Virus record (IMG/VR): IMGVR_UViG_3300043406_000043
Span: 1 to 45,761 of that record
From: a virus
Lineage: Duplodnaviria; Caudoviricetes
Length of the DNA stretch: 45,761 nt
Direction: 5' to 3' (one strand)
Numbering within the stretch: position 1 is the stretch's first letter; the number at the start of each line of letters is the position of its first letter. The position numbers and the translations under genes are program-made. Below are positions 1 through 8,946 of this stretch, piece after piece. Below the pieces are notes generated by a model. It made no database searches and was not told where the DNA came from. It was given only the letters and a program-made list of their open reading frames with translations.

Positions 1-127
1 AAACCTGACGGCTAACGCGAACTATGTCGGGATGAATTACACCACCACCGCAATTGATATTACCGGCCACGAGAACGATTCGCTCTGTGTGGCCATCCGG
101 CGGCAGGGGCAGACGGCGTTCCGCCAG
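1..127. repeat. 127-bp terminal direct repeat (copy 1); circular contig overlap
   Basis: Positions 1-127 are identical to 45635-45761 (aaacctgacg...ttccgccag). The repeat lies in the middle of an ORF. Confidence 0.97.
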
Positions 128-157
128 ATGCTCATTCCCGTGTACGACTTGAGTTAA
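2..157 (+). CDS. 3' end of the junction-spanning virion/receptor-binding-like protein that starts at 44571
   Basis: The frame from position 2 reads NLTANANYVG...AFRQMLIPVYDLS*. TAA at 155-157 overlaps the ATG at 157. Confidence 0.85.
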   Translation, partial: NLTANANYVGMNYTTTAIDITGHENDSLCVAIRRQGQTAFRQMLIPVYDLS

Positions 158-936
158 TGCCTATTTTCAGTTCGCTCTACGGCACACGGCTGGACCGGGA
201 ACTCGGGACCGAGGACCGCTCCGTCCTGTTCACCACCGCTAGGCGGAAGGCGGCGATCAACGAAGCGCAGGGGGAGTTCGCGGAACTCACCGAGTGCTTC
301 ACGAAGCAGTCCACGCTGACCCTGGCGGGCGGCACGGCGGAATACGACCTGAACGACTCCACCACGCTCGGGGATTTCGTGCGGCTGTCGATGGAACAGG
401 TCCAGTTCCGCTACGTGGATGCCTCCAGCAACGTGACGGTCTTGGCGGGCGATGACTTGCCCCGACGCGATGTGCCGTGGCTGAACAAGTACGAGCCGGG
501 GTGGGAGGTCTCGACGGTGGCTTCCTCCCTGCAGCAGATGCCGCAGGTCTACTACGAACGCACCGAGGGAGGATCGCGCTATCTGGGCTTCTGGCCGACG
601 CCCTCGACGGGGAGTTCAGCCAGCATGACGGCCGTCGTCCCGTATGTGGCGGCTCCTGTCCCCATGACCAGCGACACGAACGAACCCTTCCAGGCCAACG
701 GGCGCGTGCGGACGGACTTGCGGCCCTATCACCAAGGGCTGGTGCATTACGCGGCGTATCAGCTCGAGAAGTTGCGCCGGGATCCCGAAGCGGCCAACGC
801 CCAGTTGCAGACGTTTCTCGGCTACGTGATGCGCTACGTGCAGAACAAGCGGGTCAAGGGCGGGAAGCAGTTGACGCAAGTGAAGAACTACTTCCGGCGT
901 CATGGGAACGACCGGGGCGAGGATCCGCGGACGTGA
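157..936 (+). CDS. Head-tail adaptor / tail tubular protein A-like
   Basis: 259 aa with INEAQ-type N-terminal helix, GTAEYDL, FWPTP and YHQGLVHYAAY motifs typical of podovirus adaptors. Lies upstream of the nozzle gene. Confidence 0.7.
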   Translation: MPIFSSLYGTRLDRELGTEDRSVLFTTARRKAAINEAQGEFAELTECFTKQSTLTLAGGTAEYDLNDSTTLGDFVRLSMEQVQFRYVDASSNVTVLAGDDLPRRDVPWLNKYEPGWEVSTVASSLQQMPQVYYERTEGGSRYLGFWPTPSTGSSASMTAVVPYVAAPVPMTSDTNEPFQANGRVRTDLRPYHQGLVHYAAYQLEKLRRDPEAANAQLQTFLGYVMRYVQNKRVKGGKQLTQVKNYFRRHGNDRGEDPRT

Positions 937-1100
937 TTCGTATCACCTTCGCCTGCGGCCACAAGACGGACCTCGAGAATGCCGAGGTGCCGCCGGTCTG
1001 TCAGGTGTGCGGAGAACGACGGGTGCAGGCGGTGAAAGCGCCCGCGCCACGGTTTACAGGGTCGGGCCGGAGCCCGCTGATGAAGGATGGACATGCCTGA
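933..1100 (+). CDS. Small zinc-ribbon protein (FmdB-like)
   Basis: GTG start overlaps the upstream stop. Reads MIRITFACGH...CQVCG...PAPRFTGSG (55 aa). Confidence 0.6.
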   Translation: MIRITFACGHKTDLENAEVPPVCQVCGERRVQAVKAPAPRFTGSGRSPLMKDGHA

Positions 1101-1728
1101 CAATTTCGGTCTCAACTTCGCGCCTCTCAACGCCGCCGGCCAGAAGGGACAGGCCGGAAAGGGCGGGTCACCGATTCAGGAGGCTATCCGCACCCTCTCC
1201 CTCCGTCTGCCGAAGATTGTCGGGGCGGGGAGCCCGGTGGCGCAGCCCCTCCTCCAGAGTCAGGGCTCGATGGGCCTGAACCCGATGCCGTCACCGGTGC
1301 TGCCGTCCGGCCCGCAGGCGTGGCAGGCGGATGCGCCAACGGCAGGGCCGATTCAGACCAGTGTCGGGAATGGCTCCCAGGTGGCGTACGCGCCTTCGCA
1401 GCAGGCGCCACAGTTCGACATGGAGACGTTCCTCCGGAAGTTGTTTGACTTCGGCAATGGTCGGACCTCACAGCCGGGGTCAGGGCCGGATGGCGTGTCG
1501 TATCCGACGCCTGGGCCAGTGGGTGACTACGCACAGGGACCGGAAGTGCCGCAGCCGGGACGCGTGTCCGCCCCACTCCCCGGCTTCACGATCGGGATCG
1601 ACCCCGGCGCGAGCGACCAGGGGCCGGCCGTGACGGAGGCGCCGCCGCCCGAGTCGTTCCTGCCGACGACACAGGCGCCAGCGGCCCCGCACTTCTCGCG
1701 GTTCCGCGGCTTCACTGGCGCGAGGTAA
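1093..1728 (+). CDS. Pro/Gly/Gln-rich hypothetical virion protein
   Basis: Low-complexity ORF in the tail operon; abuts the nozzle gene. Confidence 0.55.
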   Translation: MPDNFGLNFAPLNAAGQKGQAGKGGSPIQEAIRTLSLRLPKIVGAGSPVAQPLLQSQGSMGLNPMPSPVLPSGPQAWQADAPTAGPIQTSVGNGSQVAYAPSQQAPQFDMETFLRKLFDFGNGRTSQPGSGPDGVSYPTPGPVGDYAQGPEVPQPGRVSAPLPGFTIGIDPGASDQGPAVTEAPPPESFLPTTQAPAAPHFSRFRGFTGAR

Positions 1729-3645
1729 ATGGCCGGACAGACGAAGACCCGCGCGGCGAAGATTGGCAAGAGTTACCAACTCCTGCCGGTTATCGGTCCG
1801 TCTGCCGGCGTGGACCTTCGCACGTCGCCGACGCTGATCGAGCCGACACGCGCGCGCACCCTCGTGAACTTCTCGCTCACCGAGCCGGGGGCGCTGGTGG
1901 TGCGTCCTGGCTACCGCGTCTTCTCGACGGCCAGTCTGGGTGTTGGGCGGATTCAGGGCGCGGCGCGGGTGTATCTCAATACCGGGATTCCCGCGGCGGT
2001 CTCTACGTCCTTCTCGCTCGTGGCCTGGGACGGCAAGGTCTACAACCTCTCGGACACCGGGGCGTGGGCGTCCACTGCGGGGCAACTCGCGCTGAGCAAC
2101 ACCAACGCGGTGTCCTTTGTGTCCGACCGGGATCTCGTCGCGGTGCTGGACGGATCCACGAGCCCGTGGAAAAGCACCAACGGCTCGAGCTGGACACACT
2201 TCGGGATCACGAGTGGCGCCGCGCCCACGGTGTCTACCCTCTCGAGCGGGGTGGTGTCCTCGGGCGACTACGAGATTGCCTACACCTACAAGGATCGGGA
2301 TCTGGCGTTCGAGTCGAACGGGTCGTCTGGCGCGACGGTTACGCTGACGGGGAGTACCGGCGCCCTGAAGGTGGTCGTGCCGAACTCCACCGATCCGCAG
2401 GTGGATGCGATTGTCCTCTACGCGCGGGATGTGACGGCCGGGGAAACCATTCTGCGGAAGGTCTCGAGCGCGGCGCCCACGTCCTCGGGGGCGAGTTCCA
2501 CGTACGTCATCAGCAGCACGTCGTGGGCGACGAACGACGAGATCCCCACCGACCACGATGTGGCGCCGGTCCTGTCGTTCGGGGTGGTGTGGAAGAACCG
2601 CTGGTGGGCGCGGAGCGCGACGGTCACGAATCGTTTGCTGTTCACGCAGTTGTTCCAGCCGCAGTCGTGGCCCCCGCTGTTCTACGTGGACATCCCGTTC
2701 GAGCGGGGCGATTCGATTCAGGCCCTGGTGCCCCTCGGTGATTCGCTGATTGTCTTCGGGAACACGAAGGCGTTCATCATTCTCGGGCAGACCTCGCTGG
2801 ACTTTGAGGTCCGACCGTCCATCGGCTCAGAAGATGGCGCCTACGGGTTCCGGGCGGTGGCGGTGATTGAGAACGGCGTCGTGCATATGTCGGCGTCGGG
2901 GATCTATATCTTCGATGGCACGGCTGACAAGCTCCTGTCGTTCGACCTCGAGCCGGGGCTCCGCGATCTGGTGAGCAACGCCTCCGCGGCCGACCTCGCC
3001 CGCATTGCGATGGTCTACCACCAGTCGCAGAAGGAACTCCGCATCGCGGTGCCTCGCCGCTATCCGAGTGGGGGCGTGGGGGAGTGGGTGCTGGACCTGA
3101 ACCGGACCAGGACCACCGAGCAGCCCGCGTGGACCGCGACGGATCGCGACGTGGCGGGCTACCTGTACTGGGACGGGCCCGAGACCCAGAACGGGAACCG
3201 GGGCCGGTTGTTTTCGTTCCCCTCGACCTCGGCGCAGATCTTCGAGGAGTCGGTCGGGACGAGCGCGAACAGTTCCAACATCATGGCGGAATACGAAGGG
3301 CCAGGGTTGACCTTGGGCGCCCATCGGGCGCGATGGCTGGACATGCGGGGGGAGTACGAGCCGCACGGCGGGGATCTCTCCGCGGAAGTCATCATCGACG
3401 GGGTGTCGCAGGGGATCCAGAGCATCAACATCGGCGCGGGGTTGTCGATCCTGGGGCAGGAGATTCTCGGTACCTCGGTCCTGGGCGGGTCGGGGCGGCG
3501 GCAGTTCTACATGACCTTGCCCCTCACGTCTGAGGGCCGCACGTTTGTCGCCCGGTTCAATTATTCAGGGCAGGAGACGTTCCGGCTCTTTTCGTACCAC
3601 CCTGGACTCACGCCCGAAAGTGCGAGCAGGAGTTTTACCGAATGA
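1729..3645 (+). CDS. Tail tubular protein B / nozzle (P22 gp10-, T7 gp12-like)
   Basis: 638 aa, beta-rich, propeller-like. N-terminal GVDL...NF...GALVVRPG pattern. Position follows the adaptor. Confidence 0.7.
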   Translation: MAGQTKTRAAKIGKSYQLLPVIGPSAGVDLRTSPTLIEPTRARTLVNFSLTEPGALVVRPGYRVFSTASLGVGRIQGAARVYLNTGIPAAVSTSFSLVAWDGKVYNLSDTGAWASTAGQLALSNTNAVSFVSDRDLVAVLDGSTSPWKSTNGSSWTHFGITSGAAPTVSTLSSGVVSSGDYEIAYTYKDRDLAFESNGSSGATVTLTGSTGALKVVVPNSTDPQVDAIVLYARDVTAGETILRKVSSAAPTSSGASSTYVISSTSWATNDEIPTDHDVAPVLSFGVVWKNRWWARSATVTNRLLFTQLFQPQSWPPLFYVDIPFERGDSIQALVPLGDSLIVFGNTKAFIILGQTSLDFEVRPSIGSEDGAYGFRAVAVIENGVVHMSASGIYIFDGTADKLLSFDLEPGLRDLVSNASAADLARIAMVYHQSQKELRIAVPRRYPSGGVGEWVLDLNRTRTTEQPAWTATDRDVAGYLYWDGPETQNGNRGRLFSFPSTSAQIFEESVGTSANSSNIMAEYEGPGLTLGAHRARWLDMRGEYEPHGGDLSAEVIIDGVSQGIQSINIGAGLSILGQEILGTSVLGGSGRRQFYMTLPLTSEGRTFVARFNYSGQETFRLFSYHPGLTPESASRSFTE

Positions 3646-3670
3646 TTCTCGCTGATACAGGAAATCACTG

Positions 3671-4300
3671 ATGCCCGCATCCTTTCCGACATCCGCCAAG
3701 GTCTTCTCCGTCCGTGCGAACGGTCAGGTGCCCGATCAGGGGTGGTGGAACGATCTGCAAGACGAGGTGTACGCCCTCGAGACGGCGTCCCTCGCGGGCA
3801 CGTTTGGCATCGGCTTCGTGCGGTCCCTGTCGCCGACGCTGGCGAACGTGACCACGAACTCGATCACCACGTTCCTCAGTGCGCCCATCTCGGACTGGGC
3901 CGATGGCGGGATCGTGGAAGTGTTCGTCTCGTGCCTGACAAAGAACAACAAGTCGTCCCCCGGCGGGTTGACGTTCAACCTGACGTTTGGCGGGCAGAAC
4001 ATCGACTTTGCCACGGCGACGTGGGCCGACAACGCGACGGAGCGCGCGAACTTCCTGCGGTTCACGGCGCAGCGGGTGGGGGCCAACGTGTGGGTCGGGC
4101 ACACCGCAGGCGGGTCCGTGCTGCCCTTCGCGGAGCAAAGCGCGTCCCTGTCGGAGACGAGCAACGTGCGGATCGTGAGTGGCCCGACGTTTACCGGGGC
4201 GCAGACCTTGGCGTTCCGGCTGACGCTCGATGCGACGGATGCCAGTTTCTACCTGAAGCCGCAGAAGGCCATTGTGCGGGCCACGGGGACGGTCGCGTAG
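3671..4300 (+). CDS. Putative short tail fibre / virion protein
   Basis: N-terminal ASFPTS...WWNDLQDEVYALET resembles fibre head-binding segments; C-terminus is beta-rich. Confidence 0.5.
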   Translation: MPASFPTSAKVFSVRANGQVPDQGWWNDLQDEVYALETASLAGTFGIGFVRSLSPTLANVTTNSITTFLSAPISDWADGGIVEVFVSCLTKNNKSSPGGLTFNLTFGGQNIDFATATWADNATERANFLRFTAQRVGANVWVGHTAGGSVLPFAEQSASLSETSNVRIVSGPTFTGAQTLAFRLTLDATDASFYLKPQKAIVRATGTVA

Positions 4301-4441
4301 ATGCCCGGTCCCTTCGTGCAAGACCCGACTCCGGCGTGGCTGAAGCCACAGAATGCGAGCGTCACGGACTCGACGCTGACGCGCGTGGCGCGGGCCAACG
4401 GCGGGCAACTCCAGCGGGCCGATGTCGAAGGGGCGATGTAG
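4301..4441 (+). CDS. Small hypothetical protein (46 aa)
   Basis: ATG directly follows the upstream stop; its TAG overlaps the next GTG. Confidence 0.35.
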   Translation: MPGPFVQDPTPAWLKPQNASVTDSTLTRVARANGGQLQRADVEGAM

Positions 4442-4803
4442 TGGCGAAAGGCTATGTGCAGACGCTGCTCAACGCTCTGCCTTCGGATGTGAAGAAGGTG
4501 TTGATCCCCGCGTTTGACTACGTGCAGGACTCCTTCCGCTTGGGGCCGATTGAAGACGGCAAGCGGGCGACGAACGCCCAGATCTACTGGGTGAGCGGCA
4601 CCACACCAGCGACAGGCAACACGGAGTTCAGCATCGAGCACGGCATCGGGACGACGCCGCAGTACCTGATTCCCGGCGCGCCACTGAATGGCATCGGCGC
4701 GATGATCGTGCCGCTGGAAGTGTCGAGAGCCGCCGATGAGCGGCGGATCTATCTCAAAAGCAGCAGCACGTCGGCTGCGATTTTCGTAGGAGTGGGACTG
4801 TGA
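4441..4803 (+). CDS. Small tail-associated protein
   Basis: GTG start MAKGYVQ...; the FSIEHGIGTTP motif is typical of small podovirus tail proteins. Confidence 0.6.
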   Translation: MAKGYVQTLLNALPSDVKKVLIPAFDYVQDSFRLGPIEDGKRATNAQIYWVSGTTPATGNTEFSIEHGIGTTPQYLIPGAPLNGIGAMIVPLEVSRAADERRIYLKSSSTSAAIFVGVGL

Positions 4804-5636
4804 AGTGGGAACGCGTCGCCATAACCGGAACGGCCCAGTCGTGGAAGCAGACCCCGTGGAATGACACGGGCCTCAGCATCATGTCGCTCAACGATGCCTA
4901 TCGCATGAAGGGGTTTGTTCGGGCCGATGCGTGGTTTGACTTTCATCCACTCGATCGGTTCTTCCATCCGCCGAAGGACCAGACGATCTACTCCCATCAG
5001 GTGCCTCCCGGCTACTACTGCCGCCCGTCCGATCACATTGCGTGGTTGGGCCGGCAGACGATTCCGGTGTATCTGCATCCGGACTACCGCACGCAGCATC
5101 CGGCAGCGGCGACATGGCACCACGCGCACCCGTTCCCGAAGGCCGAGATCGAGGCGGAGTTCGGGCGGTACTTTACCAGTTCCCCCGCGTGGATGATTGC
5201 CCATGCACTGATGCAGGGCGTGAAGGAACTGCACATCTACGGGATCCATCTCGCCACGGAACACGAGTACATCGAGCAGCGGCCGAACTTCGAGTTCCTG
5301 TGCGGCCGGTTGCTCGGCCCGTCGAAGGTCAAGACCACGCTCGTCAACGGGATCCGGCGCTACGAGACCAAGGATGCGGTGCTGTTCCTGCCGGAATCGA
5401 GTCCGGTGCTGAACAGTGACTTCCAGTATGCCTTCCAGCCGAGGCCACGGGCCGCGCTCGAGCCGTTGAAGTGGGAAGCGCACAAGGTGGGGATCAAGCG
5501 GCAGCGGTTGACGGAGCAGTTGATTAACGCCCCCTTCTGGAAACGGCGGAAGGCGGATCGGGAAGAACTCCTGCGGTTGTCGTGCTGGGCGCAGGACGTG
5601 CAGGAGCAGATGTCGCGGTTGCAGGCAGGAGCGTAA
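4800..5636 (+). CDS. Maf/CstII-like (sialyltransferase-fold) putative glycosyltransferase
   Basis: Motif order VAITGTAQS...SLNDAY...ADAWFDFH...FTSSPAWMIAHALMQGVKELHIYGIHL...EY resembles DUF115/Maf/GT42-type folds. Confidence 0.55.
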   Translation: MKWERVAITGTAQSWKQTPWNDTGLSIMSLNDAYRMKGFVRADAWFDFHPLDRFFHPPKDQTIYSHQVPPGYYCRPSDHIAWLGRQTIPVYLHPDYRTQHPAAATWHHAHPFPKAEIEAEFGRYFTSSPAWMIAHALMQGVKELHIYGIHLATEHEYIEQRPNFEFLCGRLLGPSKVKTTLVNGIRRYETKDAVLFLPESSPVLNSDFQYAFQPRPRAALEPLKWEAHKVGIKRQRLTEQLINAPFWKRRKADREELLRLSCWAQDVQEQMSRLQAGA

Positions 5637-5639
5637 ACG

Positions 5640-6338
5640 ATGCCCAATATTCTCTCCTACGGCACGGCTCCGGGGGGAGCGACGTGGCTGGACAATCTGA
5701 AGAAGGATCCAGACTTCCAGAAACTCAGCCCTCCGTCGCAGCAGGTACTCCTGGCGTACGCCGACCAGCACAAGGGCGCGTATACCCCGCAGGCGATTGC
5801 GGACTACAAACAGGCGCTCACAACCGATCCAAAGCTGCAAGCAGCAGTGACGGAGGCGAAGCAACTCGGCGCCCTTGACCATTCGATGTCGCCGTTTATG
5901 AAGGCGCTGGTGGCGGCGAGCTTCGTGCCGTTGGGGTTCGCGGTGGCGGGTGCGGCGGGAGTGGGGCCGTGGGCGAAGGATGCCACGAAGGCCGCGGGCA
6001 GTGTGTCGCCACCATCGACGCCTGAGTCGAATCCGCAACCCGGAGACCCCGGCTTTATGGGGCCGGTCAATACGGCGGCGAATGCCGCGGGTGGCGTCAA
6101 CTGGGGCGACATCATCAAGAAGATCGCGGCGGTCGGGATCCCCGTGGGTGCCCTCGTCGCTGGCCGCGCGGTCTCGAACAACAACGACGTTGGGAATGGC
6201 TCCTCGGCGGTGCCGCCGGAACTCTCCGCGCTCCTCGCGCAGTCCATGAAGCGGGTGGCGGATCAGGATCCGCTCGCGGAAGCCCTGAACCGGCAGGCCC
6301 TCGGTGGGTTGCCTGACTACGCGAAGGGGGGCCGCTGA
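5640..6338 (+). CDS. Internal virion (ejection) protein
   Basis: Ala/Gly-rich with two hydrophobic segments; first of four coupled large ORFs after the tail genes. Confidence 0.55.
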   Translation: MPNILSYGTAPGGATWLDNLKKDPDFQKLSPPSQQVLLAYADQHKGAYTPQAIADYKQALTTDPKLQAAVTEAKQLGALDHSMSPFMKALVAASFVPLGFAVAGAAGVGPWAKDATKAAGSVSPPSTPESNPQPGDPGFMGPVNTAANAAGGVNWGDIIKKIAAVGIPVGALVAGRAVSNNNDVGNGSSAVPPELSALLAQSMKRVADQDPLAEALNRQALGGLPDYAKGGR

Positions 6339-7459
6339 TGGCCGAGATTTCCACCCAAGCGATCGATGCGGCCTACCAGAAGTATCTGGGGCGCACCCCG
6401 CAGGCGCACGAGTACCAATTCTGGACGGGGAACGACAACTACGACTCGGGGATTGCCAACAGTCCAGAGGCGCAGACGTATGCCAAGGGGCAGACGTATC
6501 AGCGGGAGTACGCGCCAATGCCGGGGTTCGTCACTGAGAAACTGAACGACCCGGCGCACACCACGGAGAAGTACAACTTTGCACGGGCGGCGCAGGAATA
6601 CGGGACAGGCGACCTGAACGCCCTGATCAACTACTACAACGGCAAGTACGGGACACACGCCTCGGTGTTGGGGTCTGACCTCGTCAACTTCGGGGACGGC
6701 ATCCCGAACGACATCTTCAAGGATCAAGAAGGCGCGCGGCAGTTGCAGTGGGCGCCACGGGTACCAGGGAGTGCCGCACCGCCCCCTCCTGCTGCGGCAC
6801 CAGGGCCGTCAGCGCCTCCCCCTGCGGTTCCTGCGTCGAGTGGCGGGGGTGGGGGCGGGAACCAGGCGGCGTCCGTGCCACAGGCCCCCAGTGCGGCAGG
6901 ACAGACCTTCAGTGACCCGGCCACGACCCAGTGGGAGCAGATGCTGCGGGTGTTGATTGACCGACTGAACCAGCCCGTACCGGAACTGACGGCGGCCCAG
7001 AAGGAACTCCAGCGCACGCAGGCCTTGGACCCGATGACGCGTGAGCGGGACGCGCAGAAGCAGCGGGTGATTCAGCAGTATGCGGCGAAGGGCCATCAGG
7101 GGCCGGGGCGGTCGGGGATTGTCGATGCGGCCCTCGCGGACATCGACCGGCAGTTCGCGCAGATGCAGACGACGACGAACGCGAACTTCGCCACCGCCGA
7201 CATCAACCGGGCGGATCAGAACTTCCAGCAGAACGAGAACCGGGCGGTGAACGCGGTGAATCTGTTCAAGCAGGTGCCACAGTTAGCGGATAGCCGGTTC
7301 GCGCAGGCACAGAACTCGTTGACGCCGACGAACCCCTATCAATTACTGGCGCTCCAGAACACGATCCAGCAACAGGCGCAACAGCAGGCGAACTACGGAA
7401 ACGCGCAGGACGCGGCGTTCTGGAATGAACTCGCGCGGCTCTTTGCTGGGATGGTCTGA
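6338..7459 (+). CDS. Internal virion (ejection) protein
   Basis: Gln/Ala-rich helical C-terminus with a Pro/Gly linker; TGATG coupling. Confidence 0.55.
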   Translation: MAEISTQAIDAAYQKYLGRTPQAHEYQFWTGNDNYDSGIANSPEAQTYAKGQTYQREYAPMPGFVTEKLNDPAHTTEKYNFARAAQEYGTGDLNALINYYNGKYGTHASVLGSDLVNFGDGIPNDIFKDQEGARQLQWAPRVPGSAAPPPPAAAPGPSAPPPAVPASSGGGGGGNQAASVPQAPSAAGQTFSDPATTQWEQMLRVLIDRLNQPVPELTAAQKELQRTQALDPMTRERDAQKQRVIQQYAAKGHQGPGRSGIVDAALADIDRQFAQMQTTTNANFATADINRADQNFQQNENRAVNAVNLFKQVPQLADSRFAQAQNSLTPTNPYQLLALQNTIQQQAQQQANYGNAQDAAFWNELARLFAGMV

Positions 7460-8946
7460 TGGCCGCACAAGACTTCTTCGACGGTCTGCCTCCTGAACCG
7501 CTCGGCCCGGATCCGCTCGGGTTGCCGCCGTTTGGACCGCCGCCGCCCCCACCACAGGCCACGGGTGGGCAGAGCGGGAAGCAGAAGTTTCTCCAGTTGG
7601 TGGCGGGCGCCCTCGCGGCTGGACTCGGCCCAGGCAAAGGTACCGGCCTGTTGCACGGGCTGAATACTGTCAATCTCGAGCAGGACCACATCCGCCGGCA
7701 AGAGGACGCGGCCCGTCATCAGGCGTACCAGCAGCAGCGGGGCGACTGGGAACAGGGCGCACGGGCGTATCAAGCGGAGATGGATGGCCGCGGGCAGATG
7801 GTGCAGAACACCCTGGTGTCCCTCCGCAACGCGATCAGCGACGGGAAGATCAAGACACCAGAGCAGTACGACGAGTATGTCCGCACGTATGCCGCCGGGT
7901 TGCAGGCGCGCGGGTTGCGGATCGGGGAGGACTACTTCCGCAAGAACGCGCGGTTCATCGCCCCAGGCAGCGAGCAGGGCCTCTACGACGCCATCGACAA
8001 GGCGCTGAACAGCAAGCTCACGGCGGGTGTGCCGATTCAGGCCGGGGATAAGTTCAGCTTCATCCCGCCTGGGTCGAAGGCGCCCGTGCAGTACAGGTTC
8101 GACGAGGCGGTGCCTATTGCTGGGTATCCCGCGATCTTCCGCGACGGGAAGTTGCTGGTGACCGGCGACAAGCCCACCACGCCCAAGGACGCGATGAGTG
8201 ACGCAGCCGAGCATGACCGTCAGATGCAGATCCTGATCGGCGCCGGGTATGACGCGAAGGATCCGCGCACGGGAGAACTCGCCGTCGAGAACGCGAACAA
8301 GGCCATCGCGAAGCGGAAGGCCGAGGCAGCGAACGTCTTTGACACCCTCCGGCCGAAGCCGGAGAAGCCGAAAACGGAACCCCGCGAGCGGTTCAACGTG
8401 CAGCAGATGACGCGTCCAGACGGCACCACGGGCCTTGTGCGGGTCAACCTGGACACCGGAGAGGCGACCCCTGTCGTTCTGCCGGACGGGGCCAATTCTG
8501 GGCGGGCGAGCGATACGCAGCGGCTGTCGAGTGCCTACTACGACCGGACGGTGGGCGCGGACAAGACCGCGAAGGTGTTCGAGCAGCAGTTGTCGTCGCT
8601 CGGATCGCAGTTCGATGTCCGGTTGCCGAATCTCCTCAAGAGCGAGGCGGGCCAACGCTACCAGCAGGCGAAGGACGAGTTCATCAACGCCGCACTCCGT
8701 CGAGAGTCAGGGGCGGCGATTCAGCCCTCGGAGTATGACCGCTTCGACAAGATTTACTTCGTCATGCCCAAGGACCGGGCCTCGACGATTCGGCAGAAGC
8801 AGGAAGCGCGTCAGCGAGTGATCGACGGCTTCAAGGTCGCCAAGGGTGGGCTCGGCGTGACCGAGACCGCGCCGGATCTGTCAGGCGCCGAGGTCTGGGC
8901 GCGTGATCCCAAGACAGGCAAGATGGTCAAGCAGGGGGCGAAGTAA
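7459..8946 (+). CDS. Internal virion (ejection/DNA transfer) protein
   Basis: 495 aa, helical. C-terminal FINAALRRESGAAI...YF motif is common in podovirus DNA transfer proteins. Confidence 0.6.
   Translation: MAAQDFFDGLPPEPLGPDPLGLPPFGPPPPPPQATGGQSGKQKFLQLVAGALAAGLGPGKGTGLLHGLNTVNLEQDHIRRQEDAARHQAYQQQRGDWEQGARAYQAEMDGRGQMVQNTLVSLRNAISDGKIKTPEQYDEYVRTYAAGLQARGLRIGEDYFRKNARFIAPGSEQGLYDAIDKALNSKLTAGVPIQAGDKFSFIPPGSKAPVQYRFDEAVPIAGYPAIFRDGKLLVTGDKPTTPKDAMSDAAEHDRQMQILIGAGYDAKDPRTGELAVENANKAIAKRKAEAANVFDTLRPKPEKPKTEPRERFNVQQMTRPDGTTGLVRVNLDTGEATPVVLPDGANSGRASDTQRLSSAYYDRTVGADKTAKVFEQQLSSLGSQFDVRLPNLLKSEAGQRYQQAKDEFINAALRRESGAAIQPSEYDRFDKIYFVMPKDRASTIRQKQEARQRVIDGFKVAKGGLGVTETAPDLSGAEVWARDPKTGKMVKQGAK

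Noticed and set aside
1-127. Terminal repeat as a biological DTR
   Set aside because: 127 bp equals a common assembler k-mer and falls mid-gene; it indicates circular assembly, not physical ends.
4749-6518. Long minus-strand ORFs (589 aa here; also 42682-44508, 7393-8655, 11554-12789)
   Set aside because: Arg/Pro-rich shadow frames opposite well-supported genes, expected in high-GC DNA.
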